Shown here: in pieces, positions 37,437-48,159 of the stretch | Layout of the letters: every line of letters starts with the position of its first letter | How positions within the stretch are numbered: position 1 is the stretch's first letter | Source of the DNA: Candidatus Wolfebacteria bacterium GW2011_GWE2_44_13 | GTDB lineage: Bacteria; Patescibacteriota; Minisyncoccia; UBA6257; UBA9933 | Direction of reading: 5' to 3' | Assembly: GCA_001000675.1 (NCBI GenBank) | Contig: LCHW01000003.1 | Location: 67,873-131,872, forward strand | DNA length: 64,000 nucleotides | The notes under the pieces: generated by a model | What the model was told of the DNA's origin: nothing | The model's input: only the letters and a program-made list of their open reading frames with translations | Database searches by the model: none | Program-made: the position numbers and the translations under genes

Positions 37437-37451
37437 CTTCGCGGGAATGAC
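37427..37451. repeat. REP-like palindromic repeat copy GGATTCCCACCTTCGCGGGAATGAC
   Basis: Same family as 9122, 41985, 53244 and 57411. Confidence 0.8.
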
Positions 37452-37469
37452 AGAGCTACATTCTTATTT

Positions 37470-40400
37470 TTATTTTTTTATCCCAAACCAAATTCTCTCG
37501 CCATCAACTACTAATTCGCTATATGCGTCAATATGCTCTGCTTCTGGTGCGAACACAATAGACTTCGCACCTACTTCTTTTTTCAATAGTGTTTCGTGTT
37601 TTTTTATTACATCACCAAGCGCGGCACTGTCAACAAATAGCATTATTCTGTCTTTTGGTTCATACCCTGCATCTTGTCGTAGTCCTTGAACCATGCGCAC
37701 ACTTTCGCGTACGATCCCCTCTTCCAAAAGCTCCGGCGTGATGCGCGTATCAAATTCTACAACTCCTTCAACCTTTTGCTTTACGATAATCTTTTTTACG
37801 TTTACTTCGTCTGCAAGAATTTCCAACAATTCTTTATTTGTTTTTAATCCTGCAACCGTTGATTGCACAGTAAGCGTGGAAAGCGGTTGACGCACCTTGA
37901 TACCCAGCTGTGCGCGTTTTGCAAGCGCCAGGCTCGCCAATGTTCTTACTTCGGCCATCGCGATACCTGCCTTCATACTCGCCTTTATCGCTACAGAAGT
38001 CGCGCTCTTAGTCCAATTTTCCAAATGCACTGAGGCGTTCTTTTTCTGATTCAACGACTTATACAGCGCATCGGCAAAGAATGGCGTAAACGGCGCCAAT
38101 ACTTTACTGGTTTCAAATAACACATACGCTAACGTTTTCGACGCAAGTTCCCAATCTTTTTTATCATCCGGCTTTTGGAATCGGCGGCGCGAACGACGCA
38201 CATACCATGTTGATAAATCGTCAACAAATTGCCCAATCGGACGGACTGCGCGATCAAGCTCATAGCTATTCATAGATGCGGTTACTTCGGCAATTAACTC
38301 ATCGAGGCGGCCTAACATCCACGCATCCAATGCTGTTATTTTTCCTTTTGGACGAGCGATTACTTTTTGCTCTTTTCCATACATATCGTAGAAACTATAT
38401 ACGTTCCATAATCGTGCAATTACTTTCTTATATAGTTCATCGACTCCCTTCTCTGAAAACTGCAATGTTTCTGCGCGAACAACGGGCGAAGAAAGCAAAT
38501 ACAAGCGAAGTGCATCCGCGCCATACTTCTGCACCATCTCCATCGGGTCTGGATAATTCTTCAGCTTCTTGGACATTTTTTGTCCATCCTCGGCAAGAAT
38601 CATGCCCGTCACAACAACGTTTTTAAATGCAGGCTTTCCAAATAGCCCCGTTGATAACGCTAATAAGTTATAAAACCATCCGCGCGTTTGATCGACTCCT
38701 TCTGCAATAAATTCTGCGGGGAACTGCTTTTCAAATTTCTTTTTATTTTCAAACGGATAATGTGCTTGTCCGTATGGCATTGAGCCCGATTCGAACCAAC
38801 AATCGAATACGTCTGGAACGCGCTTCATTGTATGCCCTTTGCTACAGGTAAAATCCACCCGATCAATATAGGGCCTATGTAAATCCAATTCATAATTTTT
38901 ATTATGTGGGATGATACTGAAATCTAATTTCTTTATTTCTGCATTCACGATAAAATCTCTATCGCCCTTACGCATTGCAACGGCCTGCTCTGCATTATAC
39001 CCTTGTACGCCCGCAAATAATGCCCAAATTGGATACTCGTGACTAACGATCAAAATATTCTTCCCCGCATACTTTTTATCTATCTCATACACAAACTCCG
39101 CCATACGCTTTTTAACCTCGGTGAGGCTTTCTCCTTTTGGCGCACCTTTATCGAACTTTTCTTCCATCGATGCAAAGTAGGCATGATAATCGGCTAAAGG
39201 TCGTTCGTTAAAAATGCCACAATTTATTTCGCGCAGTCGCTTGTCCGTAACAATCTTTGCATCATACCCGAGCACCTTCGCCGCAATTGCTGCCGTTTCC
39301 TGTGCACGCATAAAATCAGACGCAAAGATTATATCAATCTTCTTGCCTTTTAATTGTTTTGCAAATGCTTTTACCGATGCATCAACTTGCTTCTTCCCCT
39401 TCTCTGTCAAATGTGACGGGGTCTTGGGATTCGAGTTTACGATATTCGCTGCGTTATTTTCTGACTGTCCATGACGCAATGTGAAATATGTGTTGCCTGA
39501 TTTCGGCCCATTCTTTTTTATCTCTGCAACAGAACCGATTACCTTTAACTCTCCACACTCTTGGCAACGCCATACCGGAAGTGGCGCTCCCCAGAATCGC
39601 GTTCGCGATACTGCCCAATCGCGCGCATCAGCAACCCAGTTGCCAAAACGCCCTGTTTTGATGTGTTCAGGAACCCAGTTTATCTTTTTATTATTTTCTA
39701 CAAGCCCATTTTTCGTATCGCGAATTTTTGTAACTTCCACAAACCATGAGGATGTTGCGTAGTTCAGTAATGGTGTTTCACAGCGCCAACAATGCGGATA
39801 CGAGTGAACCAACTTTTGCTTTTTCAACAAATTATTATGATGTGCAAGCCATTTTATAACCTCGATATCGGTTGCTTTATGGTCATCCCGCGGTTTTACA
39901 GCTAATCCAGGGAAATCCACTACTTCGGCCTTAAAATGCCCGTCCATGCCCACATGCTGCACGAATGGCAACTTATTCACCCGAGCTAATTCCATGTCGT
40001 CAGAACCAAACGCAGGGGCAATATGCACTATCCCTGAGCCGTCTTCCATGGTCACAAAATCACCGGAATACACCTTCCAACCATTCTCTCGATTTTCTAT
40101 TTCACCCTTCTGGTAATAGTCGAACATCGGCACATACGCCCTTCCGACAAGGTCCTTCCCTTTAACTGTTTCCAGGATTGTGTATTCTCCTTCAATCAGC
40201 TCCAGGCGGTCTTTTGCCAAAATATAATTCTCTATACCTGCTTCAGTTTTTGCAGCAATTTTTACGTATTCCACTTTTGCATTCACTGCTAGCGCAACGT
40301 TCCCTGGCAATGTCCATGGTGTTGTTGTCCATGCAATAAAATACGTATTCTTTTCTCCCGCAACTGCAAATTTTACATAGGTCGAAATATCATCGATGTC

Positions 40401-40994
40401 TTTATAATTTAATGCCACCTCGAAGTTAGAGAGTGACGTTTCACATCGCGGACAAACGTGCATAGACTTAAATCCTTCGTACACCAAACCCTTATCATAG
40501 AGCGTCTTAAATACCCACATTACCGATTCGGTAAAGCTGGTATCCATCGTCTTATAATCCTGCTCCATCTCTACCCACCTACCAATACGAGGAATGACAT
40601 TTTTCCAATCATGCGCAAACGCCATAACACTTCCCCGCGCAGCCTCATTGAATGTCTCAATACCAATATTCTCAATATCCTTTTTTGTCTGCAGTCCTAG
40701 CTCCTTTTCGATAAGATTTTCTACTGGCAGTCCGTGACAATCCCACCCCCAGCGACGCGTTACTCGCTTACCGTTCATGGTCTGATATCGAGGGACGGCA
40801 TCCTTAATAACACTGGCTAAAATATGCCCATAGTGGGGCAATCCAGTTGCAAACGGTGGGCCATCGTAAAATACGTAGTCTCCTTTCGGCGCATGCTTTT
40901 TAACCGATCGCTCGAATGTTTTGTCCTGTTTCCAAAACTCTAAAACTTCTAATTCCACCTCGCTTGGGGTGAACTTTTTTCTTCCTTTTAACAT
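37470..40994 (-). CDS. ileS: isoleucyl-tRNA synthetase with a ~200-aa histidine-phosphatase (PGAM-family) domain inserted at about residues 497-700
   Basis: 1174 aa. HYGH and KMSKK class I motifs and a CP1 editing domain. In-frame insert: FTLRHGQSENN, SDFMRAQETA, ILIVSHE. The KMSKS motif is displaced about 200 residues relative to canonical IleS. Confidence 0.9.
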   Translation of the reverse strand: MLKGRKKFTPSEVELEVLEFWKQDKTFERSVKKHAPKGDYVFYDGPPFATGLPHYGHILASVIKDAVPRYQTMNGKRVTRRWGWDCHGLPVENLIEKELGLQTKKDIENIGIETFNEAARGSVMAFAHDWKNVIPRIGRWVEMEQDYKTMDTSFTESVMWVFKTLYDKGLVYEGFKSMHVCPRCETSLSNFEVALNYKDIDDISTYVKFAVAGEKNTYFIAWTTTPWTLPGNVALAVNAKVEYVKIAAKTEAGIENYILAKDRLELIEGEYTILETVKGKDLVGRAYVPMFDYYQKGEIENRENGWKVYSGDFVTMEDGSGIVHIAPAFGSDDMELARVNKLPFVQHVGMDGHFKAEVVDFPGLAVKPRDDHKATDIEVIKWLAHHNNLLKKQKLVHSYPHCWRCETPLLNYATSSWFVEVTKIRDTKNGLVENNKKINWVPEHIKTGRFGNWVADARDWAVSRTRFWGAPLPVWRCQECGELKVIGSVAEIKKNGPKSGNTYFTLRHGQSENNAANIVNSNPKTPSHLTEKGKKQVDASVKAFAKQLKGKKIDIIFASDFMRAQETAAIAAKVLGYDAKIVTDKRLREINCGIFNERPLADYHAYFASMEEKFDKGAPKGESLTEVKKRMAEFVYEIDKKYAGKNILIVSHEYPIWALFAGVQGYNAEQAVAMRKGDRDFIVNAEIKKLDFSIIPHNKNYELDLHRPYIDRVDFTCSKGHTMKRVPDVFDCWFESGSMPYGQAHYPFENKKKFEKQFPAEFIAEGVDQTRGWFYNLLALSTGLFGKPAFKNVVVTGMILAEDGQKMSKKLKNYPDPMEMVQKYGADALRLYLLSSPVVRAETLQFSEKGVDELYKKVIARLWNVYSFYDMYGKEQKVIARPKGKITALDAWMLGRLDELIAEVTASMNSYELDRAVRPIGQFVDDLSTWYVRRSRRRFQKPDDKKDWELASKTLAYVLFETSKVLAPFTPFFADALYKSLNQKKNASVHLENWTKSATSVAIKASMKAGIAMAEVRTLASLALAKRAQLGIKVRQPLSTLTVQSTVAGLKTNKELLEILADEVNVKKIIVKQKVEGVVEFDTRITPELLEEGIVRESVRMVQGLRQDAGYEPKDRIMLFVDSAALGDVIKKHETLLKKEVGAKSIVFAPEAEHIDAYSELVVDGERIWFGIKK

Positions 40995-41109
40995 GGATTT
41001 ACGATACCAAATAAATACATTCTCGTCATCTTGACATATTACACATTATGTTATACAATATTTCCAGATCAAATATTCCCAGCTCAGCTGGAACATAGGA
41101 GGCAAAACG

Positions 41110-41418
41110 ATGCTACTGATAAAAATGCTCGACGAAACCACGGAGACAAAACCTCAGGCGGGTGACTGCATTCTTCTGCGCACTGTTCAAAACCCTCCCG
41201 CATTGTTTGTTTCCGTCGTTCGCCCGATCCCAGCGGCTCATAATCTTCTTCTCGGCAACCACGCAGAGCATGAGCTTTGCCTCGAAGGAATTGCGCCGCG
41301 CAACATCCTCGAAATCATACATCTCTTTGTCAAACTACTTGAGATGAGCGGCGTTAGTACCGTACGCGTTACTACCGTTCATGAAAGCTTCGGGGAAATC
41401 AAAATTCTCGCTGCTTAA
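41110..41418 (+). CDS. hypothetical protein, GC-rich ORFan
   Basis: 102 aa. Strong AGGAGG SD. Flanked downstream by the hairpin CCCCGGACTTATGTCCGGGG. Confidence 0.4.
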   Translation: MLLIKMLDETTETKPQAGDCILLRTVQNPPALFVSVVRPIPAAHNLLLGNHAEHELCLEGIAPRNILEIIHLFVKLLEMSGVSTVRVTTVHESFGEIKILAA

Positions 41419-41505
41419 CCCCCTCCCCCGGACTTATGTCCGGGGCGCTTTTTTATATGCCCAAATAAAAGCCCCGCTCCTCGGCAAGGAATGGGGCTTA
41501 TTTCT

Positions 41506-41937
41506 TTATTTTTCTTTTTTCCAGAGATCTATGGCCAACAATGCAGTAACAACTCCGATCGTATCCGAAATAACACAATACAGACACCAGGCTTTTATTA
41601 CAAACGCCTGCAGAGCAAATAAGTATAGTGCAAACACTCCACCCAATATAGCCATTGCAAGTACTCGTTGTAATCCTTTTTTTGTCCTTCGTTGTAGATA
41701 ATACGTTATCAGAATAATCGTCACCGCATAAAAAATCGCGCCCAATAATGACAACGGAATGCCGAAAATAGCACTATACGTTGATTGCGCTACGGTATCG
41801 CAGCCTGAAAATGCGAAACAGTTTATTGGGCTTCCGATTATTCGCTTCATCGCCAAATACACTGCATCAGTAAATCCAGCTACACTCAGCGCAAGTATCG
41901 TCCAGACGATTATTGTGTTGTTCTTACTAGTATCCAT
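41506..41937 (-). CDS. vitamin K epoxide reductase (VKOR) family disulfide oxidoreductase
   Basis: 143 aa. Loop cysteines CFAFSGC. TM CxxC (AWCLYC). Confidence 0.7.
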   Translation of the reverse strand: MDTSKNNTIIVWTILALSVAGFTDAVYLAMKRIIGSPINCFAFSGCDTVAQSTYSAIFGIPLSLLGAIFYAVTIILITYYLQRRTKKGLQRVLAMAILGGVFALYLFALQAFVIKAWCLYCVISDTIGVVTALLAIDLWKKEK

Positions 41938-41949
41938 TTTTATAATTCT

Positions 41950-42009
41950 GTCATTCCCGCGGAGGCGGGAATCTATAGAGCACTGGATTCCCTCCTCCGC
42001 GGGAATGAC
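41950..42009. repeat. two inverted REP-like repeat copies (GTCATTCCCGCGGAGGCGGGAATC and GGATTCCCTCCTCCGCGGGAATGAC)
   Basis: The pair sits in the VKOR-dsbA intergenic region. Confidence 0.8.
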
Positions 42010-42022
42010 AATTCAGAAAACA

Positions 42023-42664
42023 TTATTTATTCAATTCATCCTCAACTAATTGCTTCAGCTCCTCGTATGATTGAAATCGAACTTGCGTTTCATTTATAAA
42101 GAACGTTGGCGTTCCTTGTATGCCTTGTGTTCCTCCTTCAGTTATAGCACGTTCTACTCTGCTCGCAAGATCTACTGACTGTACGTCACTTATAAATTTG
42201 GGAATATCCAATCCAATAAGTGTCGCGTATTCTACTATCGATTGTTGTATATTTTCACTCACCGACCATTCTTCTTGTCGATCAAAGAGCATGTCATGCA
42301 TTTCCCAAAACTTGCCCTGCTTCCCTGCTGCCTCAGTGGCAATCGCTGCGGTTTTTGCAAACGCATGCTGTTGTAGTGGAAAATGGCGATACACCATTTG
42401 CACATCATCCCCCTTCTCTTTTTCTAACTCCTTCACGATGCCGTAATAGTATTTACACGCCGGACACTGAAAATCGCTATACTCTACGAGTGTTACTTTT
42501 GCGTTTTCATTTCCTTTTCTCCAATCCGCCGACGATACCGGTATTACTAAATCGCCTATTACTACAGCCGGCTTCGCCACCGCAGCATACATGCCCAATA
42601 CGATTGCGCCAAGCCCAATCACTATTAAAAGCCATATAAAAATTTCTTGTCCTTTTTTACTCAT
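42023..42664 (-). CDS. DsbA-like thioredoxin-fold thiol:disulfide oxidoreductase, membrane-anchored
   Basis: 213 aa. N-terminal TM. DFQCPACKYY active site. Confidence 0.8.
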   Translation of the reverse strand: MSKKGQEIFIWLLIVIGLGAIVLGMYAAVAKPAVVIGDLVIPVSSADWRKGNENAKVTLVEYSDFQCPACKYYYGIVKELEKEKGDDVQMVYRHFPLQQHAFAKTAAIATEAAGKQGKFWEMHDMLFDRQEEWSVSENIQQSIVEYATLIGLDIPKFISDVQSVDLASRVERAITEGGTQGIQGTPTFFINETQVRFQSYEELKQLVEDELNK

Positions 42665-42720
42665 AATGCAAAGGATATCACGAAAAAACAGGGCTGAGAA
42701 GCCCTGCTTTTTACTTTGTA

Positions 42721-45312
42721 TTAGCTACACAATCCCCATCCACAGTTTGGGCACTTTCTGCATCCCTCCTGTCGGACGAGCTTTGTTTTACAGCTTGGGC
42801 AATGCGTAATTTCTTTTACTTGTCCAGCGAAATCGTCTGCATTCAATGCTGATGGTGCTGGAGATAGCCCTAGCTCTATCGTACTCGTAGGCGCGCCTGC
42901 TTTGTGATAGATTGCCATTCCCTTTGCTTTTTCATCCTTGATAACAGTCATCTCGCTTTCTTTCTTTTCCTTGTCGCCCTTCTTAGAGCCTGCATTCAAT
43001 ACTTGTAGCGTCAATGACTTATCTCGATACACGGTAACTCCCTTACAGCCGAGTTCATGTGCCATCAAATAAATTTCTTTGATATCCTCAACGGTTGCTG
43101 TTGCTGGTAAGTTGTTTGTTTTGGAAATAGAAGAGTCGGTCCAACGCTGCAAAAGTCCAAGCACCTTTACGTGATCCTTTGGTGCAATGTCCATGGATGT
43201 GACAAACACCTTTTTGAGTTTCGGTGGGATATATGAAACATTTCGCACGCTTCCGCTTACTCCTGAAACATCCTTAAGTAATGCATCGTCCATCAACCCT
43301 TCGCGCTGCATGCGATCTTCGAATACTGGATCGACGTAGAAGAAGCTTCCGATTGTGATACTCTTTTCAAACACAAGGCTAAATACTGGTTCAATGCCCG
43401 AAGAACATCCTGCGATCATCGAGATAGATCCGGTTGGCGCAAGTACGGTCGTAAATCCGTTACGAATACCGTGCTGTTCCATTTTCTTAACCAATCCTTT
43501 CCAATCTTGCTTCCATGATGCTTTGTCTTTAAACGCAGCGAATGGCATCTGGCCGTCCTTGTATGCAGACTTATCGAACATCGGCATGCGTCCTCGTTCT
43601 TTTGCAAGATCGACAGAAGCAACCTTTGTCTGATAATTCAAGAATTCCATAAGGTCTTCCATGAAGGCAAAACCTTCCTTGGAGTCATACGGAATCTCCA
43701 GCTCATACAACAAATCTCCCAATCCCATCATGCCGAACCCAATCTTTCGCGTTGAAAGCGTCATTGCCTCAATTTCCGGCATTGGATATTTATTTACGTC
43801 GATAACGTTATCGAGCAATCGCATTGCTACTTGGATATCCGCTGCGAGCCGATCCCAATTAAATTGCGCTTTCTTACCACCATTCTTTTCTGCGTAGCTC
43901 CATACGTTGATTGAACCAAGGTTGCAACTTTCATATGGATACAACACTACCTCTCCGCATGGGTTTGTGCTTTCAATTGGCCCCATGGATTTCAAGAACG
44001 GATTGTGTTCGTTGATGTTGTCAAAAAACAACGCTCCTGGCTCAGCAGACTCCCATGCCTGATACGCGATCAAATCGAAGAGTTGCTCTGGATCAACTTC
44101 TTTTACCACTTTTCCACTTCGTGGGCTCAATAATTGATACGGCTTCTTTTCTTTTAATGCTTTCCAAAAATCAGGCATCAACATAACCGATATGTTGAAG
44201 TTGCGTAGGCCCTTGTTTCCTTCCTTTGCTTTAATAAACTTTTCAATGTCTGGGTGATTACTGTTCAAAATACCCATGTTTGCGCCTCGTCGAATACCTC
44301 CCTGCTTAATAACTTCTGTCATGTTATCGAACATCGACATAAAGCTTATTGGGCCTGATGCAGTGCCGCCCGTCGTTTTTACAAAATCTCCTTCAGGTCG
44401 CAAGTGTGAGAAATTGTATCCAACCCCTCCCCCTGACTTAAAGATAACCGCCGCTGACTTGAGCGTATCCATAATCAAGTCAATTGAATCTTCAACTCCT
44501 AGCGTGAAGCATGCGCTCCCCATGCCCAAATGATTTCCAAAGTTTGCAATTGCTGGCGTGTTTGGAAGAAACTTTCGCCCAATCATTAACGCATAGTACC
44601 CTTCTAACTCAGCTGCATATTTATCAAAATATCCTTGCTTAAATAGCTCAAGCAACTCTCCCCAGGAAACTTTTATTTTTCGCTCCCCTGCGGTGCGCGT
44701 ATACAATCGATGCAATGCTTCTATATGGAACTCGTTCAACTTGTACTTTCCTATTGCAAGCTTTCCATCAAGCTTCTTGTACTCGATATCTTCTACGCGA
44801 TGTTCGGTTCCGCCTGGGCGTCGCTGGAACAACTTTGCATCGTAAAATAGCGAGGCAATCGTGATGTGTGTTGCTACGCGTTGGAAAAGCTCCTTAGGTG
44901 TCTCGATAACACTACCCTCTTCGTCCTTAACCAAATAACGACTTGCTAAAACGCGAAGCGCGTTAAGATCAAACTTTTTATCAACTTCATCAATCTCCTC
45001 TTTGTTCAATATCTGCTCTTTCTGGTGACGAATATCTGCACGATGCTCTCGATACAAAATATACGACTTCGCCATCTTGGCGTGCCCTGTTTCGATCAAC
45101 ACCTGCTCAACCATGTCCTGAATTTCTTCCACCTCAGGAGTTGTTCCTTTTTTTGTATCAGCAACGCGCGTAACAACATCTTTTGCAAGCGTTTCCGCTA
45201 GCTCCCAATTCTCTTCTCCTACGGCAACCGACACTTTGTAAATTGCTTTTACAATCTTTTCGATGTTAAACGGAACAACCTGACCGTTTCTCTTGAGCAC
45301 TGTCTTGAACAT
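42721..45312 (-). CDS. nrdJ: class II (adenosylcobalamin-dependent) ribonucleotide reductase with N-terminal ATP-cone and C-terminal zinc ribbon
   Basis: 863 aa. ATP-cone VVPFNIEKI. Catalytic NPCGE. C-terminal CPSCKTK...CPNCGW. Confidence 0.9.
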   Translation of the reverse strand: MFKTVLKRNGQVVPFNIEKIVKAIYKVSVAVGEENWELAETLAKDVVTRVADTKKGTTPEVEEIQDMVEQVLIETGHAKMAKSYILYREHRADIRHQKEQILNKEEIDEVDKKFDLNALRVLASRYLVKDEEGSVIETPKELFQRVATHITIASLFYDAKLFQRRPGGTEHRVEDIEYKKLDGKLAIGKYKLNEFHIEALHRLYTRTAGERKIKVSWGELLELFKQGYFDKYAAELEGYYALMIGRKFLPNTPAIANFGNHLGMGSACFTLGVEDSIDLIMDTLKSAAVIFKSGGGVGYNFSHLRPEGDFVKTTGGTASGPISFMSMFDNMTEVIKQGGIRRGANMGILNSNHPDIEKFIKAKEGNKGLRNFNISVMLMPDFWKALKEKKPYQLLSPRSGKVVKEVDPEQLFDLIAYQAWESAEPGALFFDNINEHNPFLKSMGPIESTNPCGEVVLYPYESCNLGSINVWSYAEKNGGKKAQFNWDRLAADIQVAMRLLDNVIDVNKYPMPEIEAMTLSTRKIGFGMMGLGDLLYELEIPYDSKEGFAFMEDLMEFLNYQTKVASVDLAKERGRMPMFDKSAYKDGQMPFAAFKDKASWKQDWKGLVKKMEQHGIRNGFTTVLAPTGSISMIAGCSSGIEPVFSLVFEKSITIGSFFYVDPVFEDRMQREGLMDDALLKDVSGVSGSVRNVSYIPPKLKKVFVTSMDIAPKDHVKVLGLLQRWTDSSISKTNNLPATATVEDIKEIYLMAHELGCKGVTVYRDKSLTLQVLNAGSKKGDKEKKESEMTVIKDEKAKGMAIYHKAGAPTSTIELGLSPAPSALNADDFAGQVKEITHCPSCKTKLVRQEGCRKCPNCGWGLCS

Positions 45313-45471
45313 AGAGTGAGTGACTAATAGCTCCCCGCATTGAATACTCCGTCTGTCTGCCGTGGATTCAGAACAATTCGCTATCGCCGATATTGGTTAT
45401 TGGATTTTTATTAGATCCTTCGGCTCACCCGCCTACTGACGGGTTCGCTCAGGATAAAACGCAGGAGCGTT

Positions 45472-46800
45472 TTATTTTTTTCGCCTTCGCAGGAAAGCTG
45501 GAATATCCCATTCCTTTTCTTTCTCCTCGATTATTTCCTCTTCTTCGTAATCATCTACAGCCCCTACTCGCTCGATGGGAGTGGACTTAACTTCCTCCCG
45601 CTCCTCTCGCATATTCTGATTTGCAATACCTTCGAAGGGGAGGCTGCTACTTACCCGCACTGGAAGATCTGCACTTTCAGTGAAATAAGAATCGTATCGT
45701 CCATCACGCGTAAGCGTGTCTGAAAAACCAGTGGCGATTAATGTTATTTTCAACTGACCCTTGTTTAGCTTTCTATCATAATACGTTCCGAAGATAATCT
45801 TTGCAGATTGATCGGCGCTTTCTGCTACTGCACTCGCGATCTCATTGATTTCGTGCATCTTAAGATCATTTCTTCCTGAAACACACAACAAAATTCCTCG
45901 TGCACCCTCAACCGAGGTCTCGAGCAGTGGTGAATTAATCGCGGCACTCGCTGCTTTCCCGGCGCGACCATTACCCGATGCAATACCCAAGCCAACCATT
46001 GCTGAACCTGAATCTCGCATGACTGCTTTTACGTCTGCGAAGTCGATGTTGATAATTCCTGGTGTTAAAATCAACTCTGTTACCCCTCGTACTGAATCTC
46101 GCAAAATCTTGTCCACTTCCTCGAATGCCTTCATTAGCGAAGTGTCTTTACTGATAATGGAAAATATTCGGTCGTTTGGAATAGTAATGAGCGTATCAAC
46201 TCTATCTCTCATTCTGATGATACCTTCTTCTGCAATGCGCGCTCGCTGTCCTCCTTCAAATGCGAACGGTTTTGTTACGATACCTACGGTAAGAATACCT
46301 AAGTCTTTTGCAATTTCAGCAACCACCGGCGCAGCTCCTGTTCCTGTGCCACCTCCAAAACCTGCGGTGACAAATATCATATCCGCATCTTTAATTGCTT
46401 CTGTTATTTCAGCTCTATTTTCTTCTGCTGCCTGCTTTCCGAGCTCAGGGTTCATTCCTGTTCCCATTCCTTTTGTAAGGTTCTTGCCGATGTAGATACG
46501 CTTCTTTGCCTGCGCTTGATTCAAATCCTGTAAGTCGGTATTGATTGCGATCAATTCAACGCCTTTAGGAAAATCTTCGTACATGCGCGTTATCGCATTC
46601 CCTCCTCCTCCTCCAACACCAATCACCTTAATACGTACCACAACTTGCTCCTCCCTTCCCTTCACGGTATTTACTAGCTTTGCTTTTGATGTGCTCTCTC
46701 CTTTGCTCTTTTCCTTTTTATTTACCACGGGCCGCTTTACTTCCACTGCTTCCTTGCTTGCCGTTGTTGGCTTTGCTTTTGTTGTTTTTTTCGCTTTCAT
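45472..46800 (-). CDS. ftsZ: cell division protein FtsZ (basic ~58-aa N-terminal extension)
   Basis: GGGGGNA tubulin signature. C-terminal DIPAFLRRRKK peptide. Confidence 0.95.
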   Translation of the reverse strand: MKAKKTTKAKPTTASKEAVEVKRPVVNKKEKSKGESTSKAKLVNTVKGREEQVVVRIKVIGVGGGGGNAITRMYEDFPKGVELIAINTDLQDLNQAQAKKRIYIGKNLTKGMGTGMNPELGKQAAEENRAEITEAIKDADMIFVTAGFGGGTGTGAAPVVAEIAKDLGILTVGIVTKPFAFEGGQRARIAEEGIIRMRDRVDTLITIPNDRIFSIISKDTSLMKAFEEVDKILRDSVRGVTELILTPGIINIDFADVKAVMRDSGSAMVGLGIASGNGRAGKAASAAINSPLLETSVEGARGILLCVSGRNDLKMHEINEIASAVAESADQSAKIIFGTYYDRKLNKGQLKITLIATGFSDTLTRDGRYDSYFTESADLPVRVSSSLPFEGIANQNMREEREEVKSTPIERVGAVDDYEEEEIIEEKEKEWDIPAFLRRRKK

Positions 46801-46893
46801 AATAGTGTTTCAAATCTTGTACGCTTGGGTGAAATGCAATACCTGCGAGTCTTATCTCGCGCGCTACGGCAGTTCGCTAAGAGCGCAAGTTTG

Positions 46894-48123
46894 TTATGGA
46901 ATTATTTGTTTAAATATTTTCTTTATTATTCTCACGATCTGATTCCCTTCAGGGTCGTGTCCTCCACCCAGTTGATGACTCCCTTCGACCAGCAGCCCTG
47001 CTGCTACAATAAATTGCACGTCTTCAAGCTTTTCAAGCATGTCTTGGCTTACCACATCAAATATATTCACTTCACAATTTGCCATATGCACTGGCAAATT
47101 TAATTCATGTCGCGCGAGTTCGATAATACCCGAGGTCTTCGAACCTCCGCCGCACAATATCACTCCTGCGGGCAAGTGCGTTTTCTTTACTGCACGCAAT
47201 TCATTTCCTACGAGCTCAAATATTTCTGCCAATCGCGATTCAATAACCTCTACAACTTCCTTTCGCGTAATTACTCCTTTTAACTTTGAATCAACCTCAC
47301 TGAGATCAATCTTTTCTTTTGTCGATATATCTCGCGCTGATGCATGTCCAAATTTCACCTTAATCTTTTCTGCGGTTGCGATTGATGACTTTAGCTTTAC
47401 CGCGAGATCGTTTGTGATATGTGCTGCGCCGATAGGAAATACCTTTATGCTCGCTAGTTTATTTTCCTCGAACACTACCATACTTGTTGTTCCTGCGCCG
47501 ATATCGATTAATACTACTCCTAGATCCTTATGTGCCTTTGTTAGTGCGGCATGGGAAGCAGCAATCGGACCATATACAATATTTTCATCTTCGATACGTC
47601 CATCTGCTTGATCAACTGCCTGTGTTAAATTATTTAAAATCTCGCTAAATGCGCTCACGATCATACTGGAAACTTCTAATCGCGTTCCAGTCATTCCTAA
47701 CGGTTTTTGGATTTGGTCTACTCCGTCAACAATATACTCCTGTACTAATGTATGAATCTTTTTTAAATTCTTATCTGTCCTGATTGCTTCAGACCCGGCA
47801 ATTGCCCGATCCATATCCTCCTGACTTATCTCGCTCGTTCCTCGCGATACTGCAGCGATTCCGCGCGAACTATTTACCATAACGCGCTTTCCGTTTACAT
47901 TCACAAATAAATTATCGAGGACTGACTTATCAATCCCTGCAATTTCATCAAATGCCGCCGCAAGTGCTACGGCCGCAGCATCCACGTCGGTTACCTCTCC
48001 TTTATTCACTCCCCCTGAAGGAACTTTAATAGCCTCTACGATTGATAGCTTTCCGTCTTTACCGACTTCCGCAACCAATAATTTTATTTCCGCTGTTCCT
48101 AAATCAAGTGCAGTGATAAACAT
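46894..48123 (-). CDS. ftsA: cell division protein FtsA
   Basis: 409 aa. Actin-fold ALDLGT, DIGAGTT and LCGGGS motifs. Confidence 0.9.
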   Translation of the reverse strand: MFITALDLGTAEIKLLVAEVGKDGKLSIVEAIKVPSGGVNKGEVTDVDAAAVALAAAFDEIAGIDKSVLDNLFVNVNGKRVMVNSSRGIAAVSRGTSEISQEDMDRAIAGSEAIRTDKNLKKIHTLVQEYIVDGVDQIQKPLGMTGTRLEVSSMIVSAFSEILNNLTQAVDQADGRIEDENIVYGPIAASHAALTKAHKDLGVVLIDIGAGTTSMVVFEENKLASIKVFPIGAAHITNDLAVKLKSSIATAEKIKVKFGHASARDISTKEKIDLSEVDSKLKGVITRKEVVEVIESRLAEIFELVGNELRAVKKTHLPAGVILCGGGSKTSGIIELARHELNLPVHMANCEVNIFDVVSQDMLEKLEDVQFIVAAGLLVEGSHQLGGGHDPEGNQIVRIIKKIFKQIIP

Positions 48124-48159
48124 GTGGGGTAAATTTCTAATAAATAATAGTTTTCTCTT

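Noticed and set aside
45845-46495. 216-aa plus-strand ORF
   Set aside because: Antisense to ftsZ. No independent signal.
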